From Candidatus Cloacimonadota bacterium (GTDB lineage: Bacteria > Cloacimonadota > Cloacimonadia > JGIOTU-2): DNA of 64,000 bases. Below the pieces are notes generated by a model. It worked only from the letters and a program-made list of their open reading frames with translations, made no database searches and was not told the origin of the DNA. The translations under genes were made by a program, and so were the position numbers. The stretch covers positions 16,924 to 80,923 of the forward strand of contig JAYEOL010000075.1 of assembly GCA_034722995.1 (NCBI GenBank), given 5' to 3'. Shown here in pieces: positions 9,939-20,584 of this stretch (positions are counted from its first letter, which is position 1; every line of letters starts with the position of its first letter).

Positions 9939-11174
9939 TTACAATTTAAAAAATGAACCCGATTTGTCTTTATACTCTTTCGTTATTAACTTGATATTTT
10001 CTTTCTTACCATTACGCAAAATTTCTATCATCAGTTCTTGTCCAACTCTCACATCAGAAACTGCAATCTCAGCATCATCAGCATTATTTATTATTTGATT
10101 ATTAATTTTAGTAATAATATCCCCTCTTTTCAATCCAGCTTCTTCTGCGGGTCCATCTTTTTCAATATATGATACAAGCACACCTTGTGATGATTTCAAT
10201 CCCAAATTATATGCAATTGCAGGAGTTATATCTTGCACTTTGAAGCCGAACCAAATTGGTCTGATCTTGCCGTATTTTATAATTTCGTGAGCAATACTTT
10301 TTATTCTATCTACAGGAATGGCAAAGCCAATACCAAGACTCCCACCACTTTTTGTAAAAATAAAAGTATTTATACCAATCACTTCTCCATTTATATTAAC
10401 AAGCGGTCCACCACTATTCCCGGGATTAATTGCAGCGTCTGTTTGTATCATTTTCTTATAAACTCTATTATCATCACTAATGTGAAAATTTCTATCCACA
10501 GCAGAAACTACACCCACGGTTACGGTTGTCTTGGAATCCTTTATAAGATACCCAAAAGGATTACCCATTGCTATGGTCCACTCACCAATAATAATATCAT
10601 CAGACCTACCAAGCTTCGCATAAGGCAAATTTCTTCCAGATACCTTGATTACAGCAATATCATTTTTATCATCACTCCCAACTAATTTTGCCTCAAGATT
10701 ACTCCCATCAGAAAGAATAACTTTTATTTTTGTAGCTCCTTCAACTACATGGCTATTTGTAATAATATAACCATCTTCACTAATTATTACTCCTGAACCA
10801 AGATTTTGTACCTTTCTTTCATATTGTCGCGGGAAGAAATCCCTGAAAAAATCATCAAAGAAGAATGAGTGAAAACGATTGTTTCTGATGACTTGAGTTT
10901 TTATTACATTAACGCTAACTACTGAGGGACGGACAAGTTCAACCGCTTTTGTTATAGCATTCTCTCTTGTATATTCTAAACTTTTATTCTTTAAAATTCT
11001 ATTATCAGTAATTAGCCTATTGGAATCAATATCTATATCTTCATAAGAAACATCTAACTTTTTCAAAACACCTGCCGAGTTGGGTACAGTTGACTTATTA
11101 ATAATTTGTTTTGTAATAAATACATTTAAAATCACAGAAATTACCAATAATATAATAATACTTCTTTTATTCAT
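9939..11174 (-). CDS. htrA: HtrA/DegP-family periplasmic serine protease with PDZ domain
   Basis: Signal/TM N-term. Catalytic His 'IITNSHVV', 'DIAVIKV', Ser 'GNSGGPLVN'. C-terminal PDZ-like 'GVLVSYIEKDGPAEEAGLKRGDIITKIN'. Confidence 0.9.
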   Translation of the reverse strand: MNKRSIIILLVISVILNVFITKQIINKSTVPNSAGVLKKLDVSYEDIDIDSNRLITDNRILKNKSLEYTRENAITKAVELVRPSVVSVNVIKTQVIRNNRFHSFFFDDFFRDFFPRQYERKVQNLGSGVIISEDGYIITNSHVVEGATKIKVILSDGSNLEAKLVGSDDKNDIAVIKVSGRNLPYAKLGRSDDIIIGEWTIAMGNPFGYLIKDSKTTVTVGVVSAVDRNFHISDDNRVYKKMIQTDAAINPGNSGGPLVNINGEVIGINTFIFTKSGGSLGIGFAIPVDRIKSIAHEIIKYGKIRPIWFGFKVQDITPAIAYNLGLKSSQGVLVSYIEKDGPAEEAGLKRGDIITKINNQIINNADDAEIAVSDVRVGQELMIEILRNGKKENIKLITKEYKDKSGSFFKL

Positions 11175-11293
11175 TAATATTCCTCCACTTAGAACAAATG
11201 CAGGTTCTAAATAATTTTTTAGGCAAGTTTTTTTATATTATGTTCAACTGGATTAACTGTGGAATCCATAAAAATTAATCAGTGTAATTTATT

Positions 11294-11321
11294 TTAAAAA
11301 AGGGAGCATATTTTGCTCCCT
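11294..11321 (-). terminator. Rho-independent terminator of the minus-strand operon ending at 11347
   Basis: Hairpin GGGAGC-AAAATAT-GCTCCC followed by TTTTTT on the minus strand. Confidence 0.7.
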
Positions 11322-11346
11322 TAAATATCCTATGTAATACAAACCA

Positions 11347-12687
11347 TTAATTAAATTTCAGCAACATTCCTACAGCGAAATCTACACCTTTTGAGAAATT
11401 GAATAATGAATAATAGTTTCTGACTGCCCAATTGAATTCAAAATTATTAAATTCAAGACCGGATCCAAGAGAGAAATGAGCTGCTTTTCCGCCACCAAAT
11501 CCAAATCCTGTTCGGACAGGTAACCAACCGATAGCAACATATTCTGCACCGAGAGAAATCTTTGGTTTGGAAGATGTAAACGCACTTTCTTTAAAACCCT
11601 GCACATAGTCAAGCATAAAGAGGAATTTATTATATCTATATGAACCGCCAAGGTGGAGCTCAAATGGAATTTTCTGTGTGAAACCGTCAATAGCATAACT
11701 CGTATCATTTTCCGTTTCAACATCTTCAATATTTTGTATTGTGAGTGTATCGGTGTAAATGCTAACTATATGCTCCTCACAATTTTCATTCCAATTGATT
11801 TTTCCAAAAAGGTTATTAAAAGTAAGCCCGACAGAAATTTCTTTTGATATAGGTGAATAGAACCCAATACTCATACGGTGACCTGTTCCGTGACCACCTT
11901 CTTCAAGGGGGTTTAAGAATTCTTCATCTTTGGAATTATATCCAGCCGTTCTTAAAATAGCACTTGCATCCAGTGTGCCTGCACTGTCGTAAACAGCAAT
12001 TTTTGATTTGGCCTCAACTACTTCGGCATGAGCAAGCCCTAAAATAGACCCAAAGCTAATTCCTCCATAGATTGGGGGAATATTTTTAAAAGTCGAAGAT
12101 ATGCGTGAAAGCGGTAAAAGGTCTCCATATCCGATTTTTGCTTCTAAGAACCCGGTAACTTCTCCATCACTTTCTGCAAAATCGTAAACTCTGCCGATTT
12201 CATTTCCATTCAGGGCAATATCAAATAATTCCTTGGAAAAATTCGCTGAAGTTAAAACGTGTACATTCTGTGAAAGGGCTACTCTCCAGACAGAAAATGT
12301 TGCTAATGGTATATTAACAGCAGAATTTCCAATCAGCTCAAGTCCGTCATCCGGAATCCTATCTAAGATATCTTTCTTATCGTCTTCCGAAAGTTTTTTG
12401 CCCATCAAATTATTGTAAAAGCTGATATTGAAGGAATTATTACTCAAAGAAGTATTGAAATGGAACAGGTTTATGGAAATATAATTATCTACCAAACCTA
12501 AATTTGCAGGATTCCAGTCTAATGAATAAAATCCTGTTGCCTGAGTTAAATATGCATCACCGAGAGCTATACTTTTTGCATTTCCGAAATTACCTGCATA
12601 TAAACTGAATGAGAATAATGAAATCGCAATTATTATGATTATTATCTTTTTCATCTTATTCCCCCTCTTCCCATATTGATTCATCAA
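11347..12687 (-). CDS. Predicted outer-membrane beta-barrel protein (446 aa, signal peptide). Possibly PorV-like, unproven
   Basis: N-terminal signal peptide 'KKIIIIIIAISLFSFSLYA'. Alternating hydrophobic/Gly-rich pattern. Overlaps the upstream giant lipoprotein gene by 32 nt (operon). Confidence 0.4.
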   Translation of the reverse strand: MMNQYGKRGNKMKKIIIIIIAISLFSFSLYAGNFGNAKSIALGDAYLTQATGFYSLDWNPANLGLVDNYISINLFHFNTSLSNNSFNISFYNNLMGKKLSEDDKKDILDRIPDDGLELIGNSAVNIPLATFSVWRVALSQNVHVLTSANFSKELFDIALNGNEIGRVYDFAESDGEVTGFLEAKIGYGDLLPLSRISSTFKNIPPIYGGISFGSILGLAHAEVVEAKSKIAVYDSAGTLDASAILRTAGYNSKDEEFLNPLEEGGHGTGHRMSIGFYSPISKEISVGLTFNNLFGKINWNENCEEHIVSIYTDTLTIQNIEDVETENDTSYAIDGFTQKIPFELHLGGSYRYNKFLFMLDYVQGFKESAFTSSKPKISLGAEYVAIGWLPVRTGFGFGGGKAAHFSLGSGLEFNNFEFNWAVRNYYSLFNFSKGVDFAVGMLLKFN

Positions 12688-15600
12688 TATGAACGCCTAC
12701 TTTTATACTACCATAAATTTTCATGTTGTCTGAACCCCGGATCGTAACCACCTCTTCATCTGTGCCAATAATATTAAACTCAATCCCAAGGAAAGCATCC
12801 TCATTTGTAAATACATCAAAATTTCCCTGAGCATCTGATAAATTAATAATAAGATGGCTTATGGTTTTATCACCGGATACATGATGCAAAGTATCAATCA
12901 TTGCCGGTTCAAAGGTTAGCGAATCAATAACTAATTCTGGATTTTCCCAAACTTGAATGGAATCGGCAGCAAAACATAGTCGTGCAGTAGCCCCAAAGGG
13001 GAATTTATTTTCTGCAGTCAGGCAAACATGAACCTTGTTAAAATTGTTATCTATTTTGTCTCTGGCATCTTTATCAATTTCTATATGTTGAAGCGAATCC
13101 ATTTTTATATTGTGATTCTCTATAATAAATTCAAAGGGTGTTCGGATTGTATAAGAACCGAATACAGAATCTGTCTTACAAATAGTTCCTTGTCCATTCA
13201 TAATCACATACATGCTATCTGCATATATGCTATCAGGGAGAATGTTCAAGAAATCAGATACATTCTTACAGATAGTGGTTACAGCGTTTGGTGCGAGATA
13301 TTCATGGTTTATGAGAATCATACTTGTTTCGCTGGTGTTCGTATTCGTTCCGGTAATTCTGGCATTGATTTCACATCCAACATTAATACCATTGTTAATT
13401 GTCATCAAAAATTCTGCATTTTGAAATTCCAGAACATCTTCAAGACTATCCGGCATATCGCTGATATCAAAATCTTCTTCAATATTATCAAGGTCAATTC
13501 TCTTATTGTTAATAACACCAACAACTTTGTTGAATGCCATATCACCAAGAGTAATTGTGGCTTTGACCTTATCTTCATATCGGATAGTGGTGGTATCATC
13601 TGTCGCAAGGGTAACAACATCATAGGAGTAATGCAGCGAATCAATCTCAGTTTGTGAATCAGGATCATCGCCAATCGTGTATCCTGCAAAACTCAGAAGG
13701 GTATCACCCGGGCAATGTATTGTAAGTTTAAGTGTATCGCCATTATCTTTGAATATTTCATCAAATTTGATATTGACATCCGCTTCAAGAGGAAAATCTT
13801 TCAGTGCTTCTATCGTTATTTGCACATCGCAGCTGTCTATCTCAGCGTAAAATAAACCAAACTCTCCAGTTTCGTCTACTTCAGATGCGTCTGAATCTTC
13901 AAATGTGAAACTTTCAAAGGTTCCTTTAACCCAGTCAAAAATAAGGTTTTGAAGGGTTACATCTGCGTTTACTATGTCGGTTGAAGTTACTGTAAGGTCC
14001 TGATGTATATCTACATCTGCAACATAATTGATTTTCAAAGAATCATCCGGTATAATTGTGTGATTTGTAAAATCGTAAGTGAAACTATTGAAGTTATCTA
14101 AGTCAATTTCAACAGGGTTGCCCAAAGGTGTAAATATATTATTTAAAGTTAAATGAATTGAGCTTTGAGAAGGATCAAGAGCTAACCCACTTATTTGAAC
14201 ATTTACATTACCGCTTTTGATTTTCGCCTGTTCTAATGTAATTATAGAATCTTCTGCTGAAATTGAGCCTTCTTTAGTGAAACTCTTATTAATATAGCCG
14301 TAGACTTCATCAAAATACATCTCGCCAAGATTGAATTCGGCATAAACACTATCTGTATAATTAATTGACCCGGTTCCGCTAAGAGTTACATTAAAAGAAT
14401 ATTGGAGAGAATCTATGCTTTTACCACTTTCTATTGTGCAGTTTACCAAATCTAAATCTTCTTGGTAAGTGCTATTAGCAGGTATTAAGAAACTAAATGT
14501 AAATGGACCACCTGGTGGGGCTGGGGCTTTCAACTCCTGAAAAGTAACCGTTCCACTCATATCAAAAGGAAAATCATTATGGAAAAAGATATAACTATTA
14601 TCTGCACTTTTAATTTTTGCATATTGAAGAGAGATTTCTCCAGTTTCATCTTCAATTGAAATTGCCTGGTTATCATTAAATGTCTTATTATTAAGAGTGC
14701 CTGTAACCTCATTGAATTTCATCTTTCCAAAATCTATTCTTGTGAACACACTTTGACTTGCGTTAATTCCGACAAAATCAGTAGTTGGAGCAGTCTCCAC
14801 ATAGAAGGAAAAGTGTAAGGAATCCAAAGGTTGCTGTTTACCCGTCCCAATACTATAATTTGCAAAATTTAATGGATAATTATAAGTTGAATTATGAGAA
14901 ATATTTTCTAGATTAATTTGAAGAGGTACGTGCATATTATCATATAACTCTTCAAACAGAATAGTTACATTTGCATCAATTGGCAGATTATTCTCAATAA
15001 ATATATTACCCCTACAACTATCAATCACTGCAGAAACTATCTGAAGTTCTCCTGTTTCATCTTGAATTGAAATTTCATCCGAATGCCCGATATGTTCTGA
15101 AGGTAGTTTTGCACTTGCCTCACTTACTGTCATCTCACTTACACTCAATATTACAATAAATTTATCTGCTTCCAGAACATCAATTGGGGTGGCTCCAGTA
15201 CCATCGGTTGTAAGAAGAACTCGCATGAAATTATATCTATATACTTTACAACCTGAAAGATCAAGCACAATATTTTCCGTAGCACCTCCTGGAATCACAT
15301 GGTCTATATGATGTGTTAATATTAAATTTTCAGGGATTATCTCTTCTCCATAAATTTCCACAGTCATATAGTGTGAAGAATCAGCTGAACTTAGAGGAAT
15401 CTCTGTAGAGTCAATAAATTCAATGTATGCAAAACCGGAATCTATAATAACATATTTAAGATTATCATTTTCAAAAACTGTAAAGTTAGTATCTATGGGT
15501 GGGAAACTATAAATAGGTGGTAATGGCTGATTATGTATTTCACCTATACCTGGAACTGCGGACCTTGCAAATTCTAACACGCCAACGCTAGCATGAGATT

Positions 15601-16078
15601 CACCAGTTTCTTCAACATCAATCTTATCCAATTGTCTGCTAAATTCACGACTTTGTTCATCAATTTTCAATTCATCACCAATTTTAGTAGAAAATGAATC
15701 ATTCCTACCTGCAATTTTTAGACTATCTCCAACATCAATTTGGAAATTCTCAGTTCGGTCATCTATTTTCAACTCATCCCCTATCTCCTCATCGAAAGTT
15801 TCGGTCTTTCCATCTACTTTTAGTTCATCTTCCACTTTCGTTGTATCCAGCTCCTGAGATATTGAGAACTCCATTGTATCATTCACCACTGCAATAATAT
15901 AATCTTCAGTTGAATCTGCAATATCTTTCATATAGTATGTTTCATTAATAAGGGGCACAGTAAGCTCAACATCCCACTCCGGTGCTTCAAATTCTTTTAT
16001 AGTACAGGACGAAAAAATCACGAGTGCTATAAACAAGAAAATTTTAAATGATAAATTCTTCATAACAACTCCTTTCAT
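12656..16078 (-). CDS. Large surface lipoprotein (1140 aa) with internal tandem domain repeats
   Basis: Lipobox 'LVIFSSC'. Four ~14-aa repeats 'GDELKID..TE.F'. At least four degenerate ~110-aa modules each carrying 'DETGE(L/I/F)...A(K/E)I(K/D)S'. Acidic, Cys-poor. Confidence 0.4.
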   Translation of the reverse strand: MKGVVMKNLSFKIFLFIALVIFSSCTIKEFEAPEWDVELTVPLINETYYMKDIADSTEDYIIAVVNDTMEFSISQELDTTKVEDELKVDGKTETFDEEIGDELKIDDRTENFQIDVGDSLKIAGRNDSFSTKIGDELKIDEQSREFSRQLDKIDVEETGESHASVGVLEFARSAVPGIGEIHNQPLPPIYSFPPIDTNFTVFENDNLKYVIIDSGFAYIEFIDSTEIPLSSADSSHYMTVEIYGEEIIPENLILTHHIDHVIPGGATENIVLDLSGCKVYRYNFMRVLLTTDGTGATPIDVLEADKFIVILSVSEMTVSEASAKLPSEHIGHSDEISIQDETGELQIVSAVIDSCRGNIFIENNLPIDANVTILFEELYDNMHVPLQINLENISHNSTYNYPLNFANYSIGTGKQQPLDSLHFSFYVETAPTTDFVGINASQSVFTRIDFGKMKFNEVTGTLNNKTFNDNQAISIEDETGEISLQYAKIKSADNSYIFFHNDFPFDMSGTVTFQELKAPAPPGGPFTFSFLIPANSTYQEDLDLVNCTIESGKSIDSLQYSFNVTLSGTGSINYTDSVYAEFNLGEMYFDEVYGYINKSFTKEGSISAEDSIITLEQAKIKSGNVNVQISGLALDPSQSSIHLTLNNIFTPLGNPVEIDLDNFNSFTYDFTNHTIIPDDSLKINYVADVDIHQDLTVTSTDIVNADVTLQNLIFDWVKGTFESFTFEDSDASEVDETGEFGLFYAEIDSCDVQITIEALKDFPLEADVNIKFDEIFKDNGDTLKLTIHCPGDTLLSFAGYTIGDDPDSQTEIDSLHYSYDVVTLATDDTTTIRYEDKVKATITLGDMAFNKVVGVINNKRIDLDNIEEDFDISDMPDSLEDVLEFQNAEFLMTINNGINVGCEINARITGTNTNTSETSMILINHEYLAPNAVTTICKNVSDFLNILPDSIYADSMYVIMNGQGTICKTDSVFGSYTIRTPFEFIIENHNIKMDSLQHIEIDKDARDKIDNNFNKVHVCLTAENKFPFGATARLCFAADSIQVWENPELVIDSLTFEPAMIDTLHHVSGDKTISHLIINLSDAQGNFDVFTNEDAFLGIEFNIIGTDEEVVTIRGSDNMKIYGSIKVGVHIDESIWEEGE

Positions 16079-18712
16079 TTAGCGTAGTAGACTAACTTTT
16101 TTGTTGAATGATTTCCCATTGCCATAATTTATTTTGTATAAATAGATACCGCTTGCCACTTGATTACCATTACTATCAAAACCATTCCAAATTTCTTTAT
16201 AATCGCCTATCTGTAGATAAGAATTAATGATATCTATGATTTTTTGTCCTTTGATATTGAAAACTTCAATTATCACTTCTTGTGGTTTGGTTAAGCTAAA
16301 AGAGATATAATTACTCTTACTAAAAGGGTTCGGGTAAACTTCAAAATTATACAAAATTCCAATATGTTCTTCATCAACACTGGAACCTGGTAAAGTCCAG
16401 ATAACATCAATCTGGAAATTAGTATCATCCGGGAATAATATTGTTGAAATTCCATTTTCAAAACTAAGTAAGGAACCTCCAATTATACTATTTGGTTCAT
16501 TGCCGGTATAAAATTCTACTTCGCATCCGTTACTGATATAACCATCTGCGAAATCCGAAGAAATATTTAGTGCAAGATTAGTTACTTCAGAGCAATATAC
16601 AACAGTGGTGTCATCGTAAAATATATTCTGCCCATCCTTTATAAAGAAATTTTTAGGCACCTGATTATCAATTCTGGAAATTACTAATATTTTTCCATCA
16701 AAAGAAATGTCTTTCCCAAAGAAATCTGTTGAAACTGTATCATTGTTAGATTTTACTAAAGTAATGGTCATTTCATCTTCCATTGAAATTGTTCCACCAA
16801 TGCATGTGCCAGAATTAATAGGATTGTATGTAATATCTTTTATAGTCGCAAACGAAGGTATAAGGAATGAAGAAAAAAGAACATCTTCCCCTGAAACTGA
16901 TGTTTTGGTAACAGTGTGTTCAGTAAGAAAATCATAAGTTCCATTATCGTGATAGTCGTTATAATTTGATAAGGTTTCTTCTTCTGTAGAATTGATAAAG
17001 AAATTTAGATTTACGTCATTTGCTGAATACACTGAGCCATTAGTGGTCAAATCAAAACTATTTCCAGTATCGCCACCGCCATTCCCATGCAAAAGCCAAT
17101 CATAAGTATGGTTTTCAGAGCCATCAACGAAATCAGAAATCACAAAATAGGAATTACCAATAAAAGCTACAAACCTTTTAAAATCCGTTTCTTGATAATT
17201 AGTAGAGACTTCAGCATAATCAAATTTATCTGTATCAAAGAAGTTTTCAATAAATGCATCCGTGCCTTCAGAAGTAGTTGGACCTGCAGCTGGAGGTCCC
17301 TCACCATCAACAAGAATCAGACTATGATTCTCTGCAAAACGAACGCTATCTCTATAATCCCAACCCACATAACCGCAATCCATTGATAGTAGTTGGCCAT
17401 AAGCATAGATAATAAAACTTGTATTATCTGGATGTTCATGAGTATGCCCACCTATTCTTGCTTGCCCATTCTCACCTAAAAGACACATATAGACTGCATC
17501 TTGGTCCCAACCGCTACGAAAGATTGCTTGCCCTGAACATGGTAAAAATTGAGTGGGAGAAAAATCCGGTCCTGTTGCTCCAGTATAACTACTATCATAA
17601 GCACAAATCATTTCAACATCCAAATTTCCAGAGGTTGCTTCAACAAAATATGGACGGCCTGATACAATATAATCCCACGCATAAAGGTCATTATCTAAAT
17701 ATCCAGCTAAAAAGCCATTAAAGTAATATGGATTTAGAAAACAATCGTCAAAATTAGGACGAGCGCCATTAGGCATTCTAATTCTAATGCCCCATTCTGC
17801 ATTCTTATCTAATTGCTCATCCAAAAGTAGCGGGGGTAAATTTATACCACCGTATAGTTCGGTCTCACCATTTACAAAATTGTAATGAGAGATTGCAAAA
17901 GGGATAAAATTGAAAGCACAGAATCCTTGATAATGAGCACCTTCTGCCCAACCTCCATCTTCATCTACTAAATAGTCGTGAAACTGGTCATGCAATTTGT
18001 TCATACTATAATTTATCCATGTTTGAGGTTGTTCCCAAGCATCTCCACTCGTTTCAGTATTCAAAACTATTGCTGCCATACCCATTGCAGAGGCAAATTT
18101 TACACCATAGTTTATTTGTTCTCCAAACCCATTGTCCCACATAAGTTTTAGCATAGCCCAAGGATTTGGGTCTGAAATTAAATCATAATAAAGTGATGAT
18201 GCCACAGTTTTTATTTGATTACGAATTGCAGGCTCATCTCCTCCAAAATCATAATCATTACCTTTTAAACAATCATAAGCAATAGAAATCATTGATATTA
18301 TTTCAGAGTCCCAGAGGATGTTTTTGTATTTTTGAATCCAGTCACCAGAAGCCGCATACTCTCTTTGTGCAACTAACAAATATTCCTTTGCCTTATCAGC
18401 ATAGGCAATGTTATCTTCCATCAAGTAACGAAATGCAGCACATCGGCAGACTCTAGCCTTATTTCTTTCCATACTACAAGAAGAATAAAGAATATCAGAT
18501 GCTGTAACCACCTTGGCATAAATCGTGTAGTAAGGCTCAACAGTAATTCTATCACGAACAAGATTAATTGCTGTGTCGCTAGAATCAATTAAGGTTCTAG
18601 GCCAATAAGTTTTTTCCGGATGCCAACTTCCCTGAGCGAGAAGAGAAGTGGTTAATAAAATTGAAAATAATAGAACGCATAAAATTGTAGCTTCTTTCAT
18701 TGATACCTCCAA
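16079..18712 (-). CDS. Secreted T9SS cargo protein, heparinase II/III-like or polysaccharide-lyase-like, with C-terminal T9SS sorting domain (877 aa)
   Basis: Signal peptide. 'GGHTHEHPDN' and 'GWAEGAHYQGF' resemble the heparinase II/III His motifs. C-terminus 'YPNPFSKSNYISFSLTKPQEVIIEVFNIKGQKIIDI...GIYLYKINYGNGKSFNKKVSLLR' is a typical Por/T9SS CTD. Confidence 0.6.
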   Translation of the reverse strand: MEVSMKEATILCVLLFSILLTTSLLAQGSWHPEKTYWPRTLIDSSDTAINLVRDRITVEPYYTIYAKVVTASDILYSSCSMERNKARVCRCAAFRYLMEDNIAYADKAKEYLLVAQREYAASGDWIQKYKNILWDSEIISMISIAYDCLKGNDYDFGGDEPAIRNQIKTVASSLYYDLISDPNPWAMLKLMWDNGFGEQINYGVKFASAMGMAAIVLNTETSGDAWEQPQTWINYSMNKLHDQFHDYLVDEDGGWAEGAHYQGFCAFNFIPFAISHYNFVNGETELYGGINLPPLLLDEQLDKNAEWGIRIRMPNGARPNFDDCFLNPYYFNGFLAGYLDNDLYAWDYIVSGRPYFVEATSGNLDVEMICAYDSSYTGATGPDFSPTQFLPCSGQAIFRSGWDQDAVYMCLLGENGQARIGGHTHEHPDNTSFIIYAYGQLLSMDCGYVGWDYRDSVRFAENHSLILVDGEGPPAAGPTTSEGTDAFIENFFDTDKFDYAEVSTNYQETDFKRFVAFIGNSYFVISDFVDGSENHTYDWLLHGNGGGDTGNSFDLTTNGSVYSANDVNLNFFINSTEEETLSNYNDYHDNGTYDFLTEHTVTKTSVSGEDVLFSSFLIPSFATIKDITYNPINSGTCIGGTISMEDEMTITLVKSNNDTVSTDFFGKDISFDGKILVISRIDNQVPKNFFIKDGQNIFYDDTTVVYCSEVTNLALNISSDFADGYISNGCEVEFYTGNEPNSIIGGSLLSFENGISTILFPDDTNFQIDVIWTLPGSSVDEEHIGILYNFEVYPNPFSKSNYISFSLTKPQEVIIEVFNIKGQKIIDIINSYLQIGDYKEIWNGFDSNGNQVASGIYLYKINYGNGKSFNKKVSLLR

Positions 18713-18774
18713 TATTATTTAATTTATTTGAATTAATGAGTCCGCTCTAAAAAGTCATATTTAGTAAAATAAGA

Positions 18775-18871
18775 AACCGTTAAAACGGTTAATGATTTTT
18801 TTGTTTCATTAACCACCAACTTAAGTTGGTGGTTAATAATAAGATAGTAACTATTAACCGATTCATCGGTT
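18775..18871. repeat. Three consecutive perfect palindromes (AACCGTTAAAACGGTT; TTAACCACCAACTTAAGTTGGTGGTTAA; AACCGATTCATCGGTT) between rnhB and the T9SS-cargo gene
   Basis: Read directly. They share the AACCG / GGTT half-site vocabulary with the 9-bp tandem repeats elsewhere. Confidence 0.6.
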
Positions 18872-19006
18872 TCCAAATATTTGAAAGATTTTCTGACATG
18901 TTTTAGTTTTGACCTTTTTAGAGTAAACTCATTAATATATTTCTAAACACAAAATTTATATAAAAATGAATTTCAGAAAAATAATGTCAATCTTTTTATA
19001 AAAGCA

Positions 19007-19618
19007 TTAATTGAACTTCTTTGCAATAGGCGAAAAAGTTTTTCTATGAATTGAAGTGACACCAAACTTATTTATTATTTCTATATGTTTCCTGGTTGGG
19101 TAACCTTTATTATGCAGAAAGTCATACTGAGGATATTTTTTGTGATACTTCAACATTAAATTATCTCTTGTAACCTTTGCAAGAATTGAAGCAGCTGCAA
19201 TACAAAAAAATTTCTGGTCGCCCCTTATGATTGCTTTACCTTTAATTCTAATTTTCTTATCATTGGATTTATTTGGCAGATATGGACCGTCAACTAAAAA
19301 ATAATCCGCAGATGTCTTTATCTTATCTAAAACTTTCCTCATAGTTAAAAAAGTAGCTTGCAAAATGTTAATCTTATCAATTTCTTTTGAATCTACAGTT
19401 GCCACCGCATAATCAATAGCACGGAATTTGATTTTTAAATAAAGTTCTTCTCTCTTGATTGATGATAATTTTTTAGAATCATTTAATCCAGGAATAATAA
19501 TATTTTGTGGCAGAATAACAGCAGCAGCGACAACAGGTCCAGCGATAGGTCCCCTACCAGCCTCATCAATGCCAATAATTCTTTTATAATTTCTAAATAT
19601 TTTATATTCCGAAATCAT
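19007..19618 (-). CDS. rnhB: Ribonuclease HII
   Basis: 'IGIDEAGRGPIAGPVVAAAV' plus 'DSKKLS' and size of 203 aa. Confidence 0.9.
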   Translation of the reverse strand: MISEYKIFRNYKRIIGIDEAGRGPIAGPVVAAAVILPQNIIIPGLNDSKKLSSIKREELYLKIKFRAIDYAVATVDSKEIDKINILQATFLTMRKVLDKIKTSADYFLVDGPYLPNKSNDKKIRIKGKAIIRGDQKFFCIAAASILAKVTRDNLMLKYHKKYPQYDFLHNKGYPTRKHIEIINKFGVTSIHRKTFSPIAKKFN

Positions 19619-20565
19619 TCTATCATTTTATCTGCGAGTTTCAATGCTGCAATCATACTTTCTTCAGATGCAATATTTTTGCCTGCTATATCAAAAGCCG
19701 TTCCGTGGTCAACAGAAGTGCGAATATAAGGAAGACCTAATGTAACATTTACGCCAGTGTTAAAGGACAGCATCTTGAAGGGGATTAAACCCTGGTCATG
19801 ATAGGCTGCGATGATAATGTCATATTTTTGGAAATTTCCAGCAAAAAATGTGTCTGCCGGAAATGGTCCATCAATATAAAAACCCTCCTCATTTAATTGT
19901 TTTATGATTGGTTTAAAAATTCTCCGCTCTTCATCACCAAAACTGCCTTGTTCACTACTATGAGGGTTCAATCCCAACAAAGCTAATTTTGGATTCTTAA
20001 TATTGAAATACTTTTTTAAGGATTGGTTTATTAATCTTATCTGATTTATAATTTTATTCTTTTCTAAATTTTTAGAAACATTCTTTAAAGCTATATGAGT
20101 TGTAAGAAGAGCTACATTTATCTTTTCACTAAAAAATGCCATTACAAAATTTTGGGTTGAGGACTGGTTTGCAAAAAATTCAGTATGACCGACAAAATCT
20201 GGATAAGTTAATTGAATATAATGTTTGCTTAGTGGACCGGTTACAATTGCATCTATCTTCTTTTGTAAAGCATCTTCTCCTGCTCTTTTTATAACATTGT
20301 AAGCAGAAAGTCCACTAAATTTAGAGGGCTTTCCTGGTTTAAACCCATAATCTTGAAATATTGGAATCCAGAATAAATTACTTTCGGGAAAGTTTTGAAT
20401 TTCACTAATATCAGAAATTTTAATCAAATTATCAATTTTAGAACCAATGGGAAAACTACCATAAACTATTATTGTATTTTTGCCTGAGTAAGAATTGATT
20501 ACCTTTAATATAATTTCTGATCCGATACCAGCTGGGTCCCCAAGTGTTATGCCGATTTTTTTCAT
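19615..20565 (-). CDS. pdxA: 4-hydroxythreonine-4-phosphate dehydrogenase PdxA
   Basis: 'GITLGDPAGIGSEI', 'TGPLSK', 'HTEFF', 'GLNPHSSEQGSFGDEE', 'TSVDHGTAFDIAGK'. Confidence 0.9.
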   Translation of the reverse strand: MKKIGITLGDPAGIGSEIILKVINSYSGKNTIIVYGSFPIGSKIDNLIKISDISEIQNFPESNLFWIPIFQDYGFKPGKPSKFSGLSAYNVIKRAGEDALQKKIDAIVTGPLSKHYIQLTYPDFVGHTEFFANQSSTQNFVMAFFSEKINVALLTTHIALKNVSKNLEKNKIINQIRLINQSLKKYFNIKNPKLALLGLNPHSSEQGSFGDEERRIFKPIIKQLNEEGFYIDGPFPADTFFAGNFQKYDIIIAAYHDQGLIPFKMLSFNTGVNVTLGLPYIRTSVDHGTAFDIAGKNIASEESMIAALKLADKMIE

Positions 20566-20584
20566 CTGAAAAATACCTTACCAC

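Noticed and set aside
12656-16078. Confident assignment of the 1140-aa lipoprotein as PorU (C25 peptidase)
   Set aside because: I could not identify a gingipain-like His/Cys catalytic dyad by eye. It has a lipobox and tandem acidic repeats instead, so it is kept only as a hypothesis.
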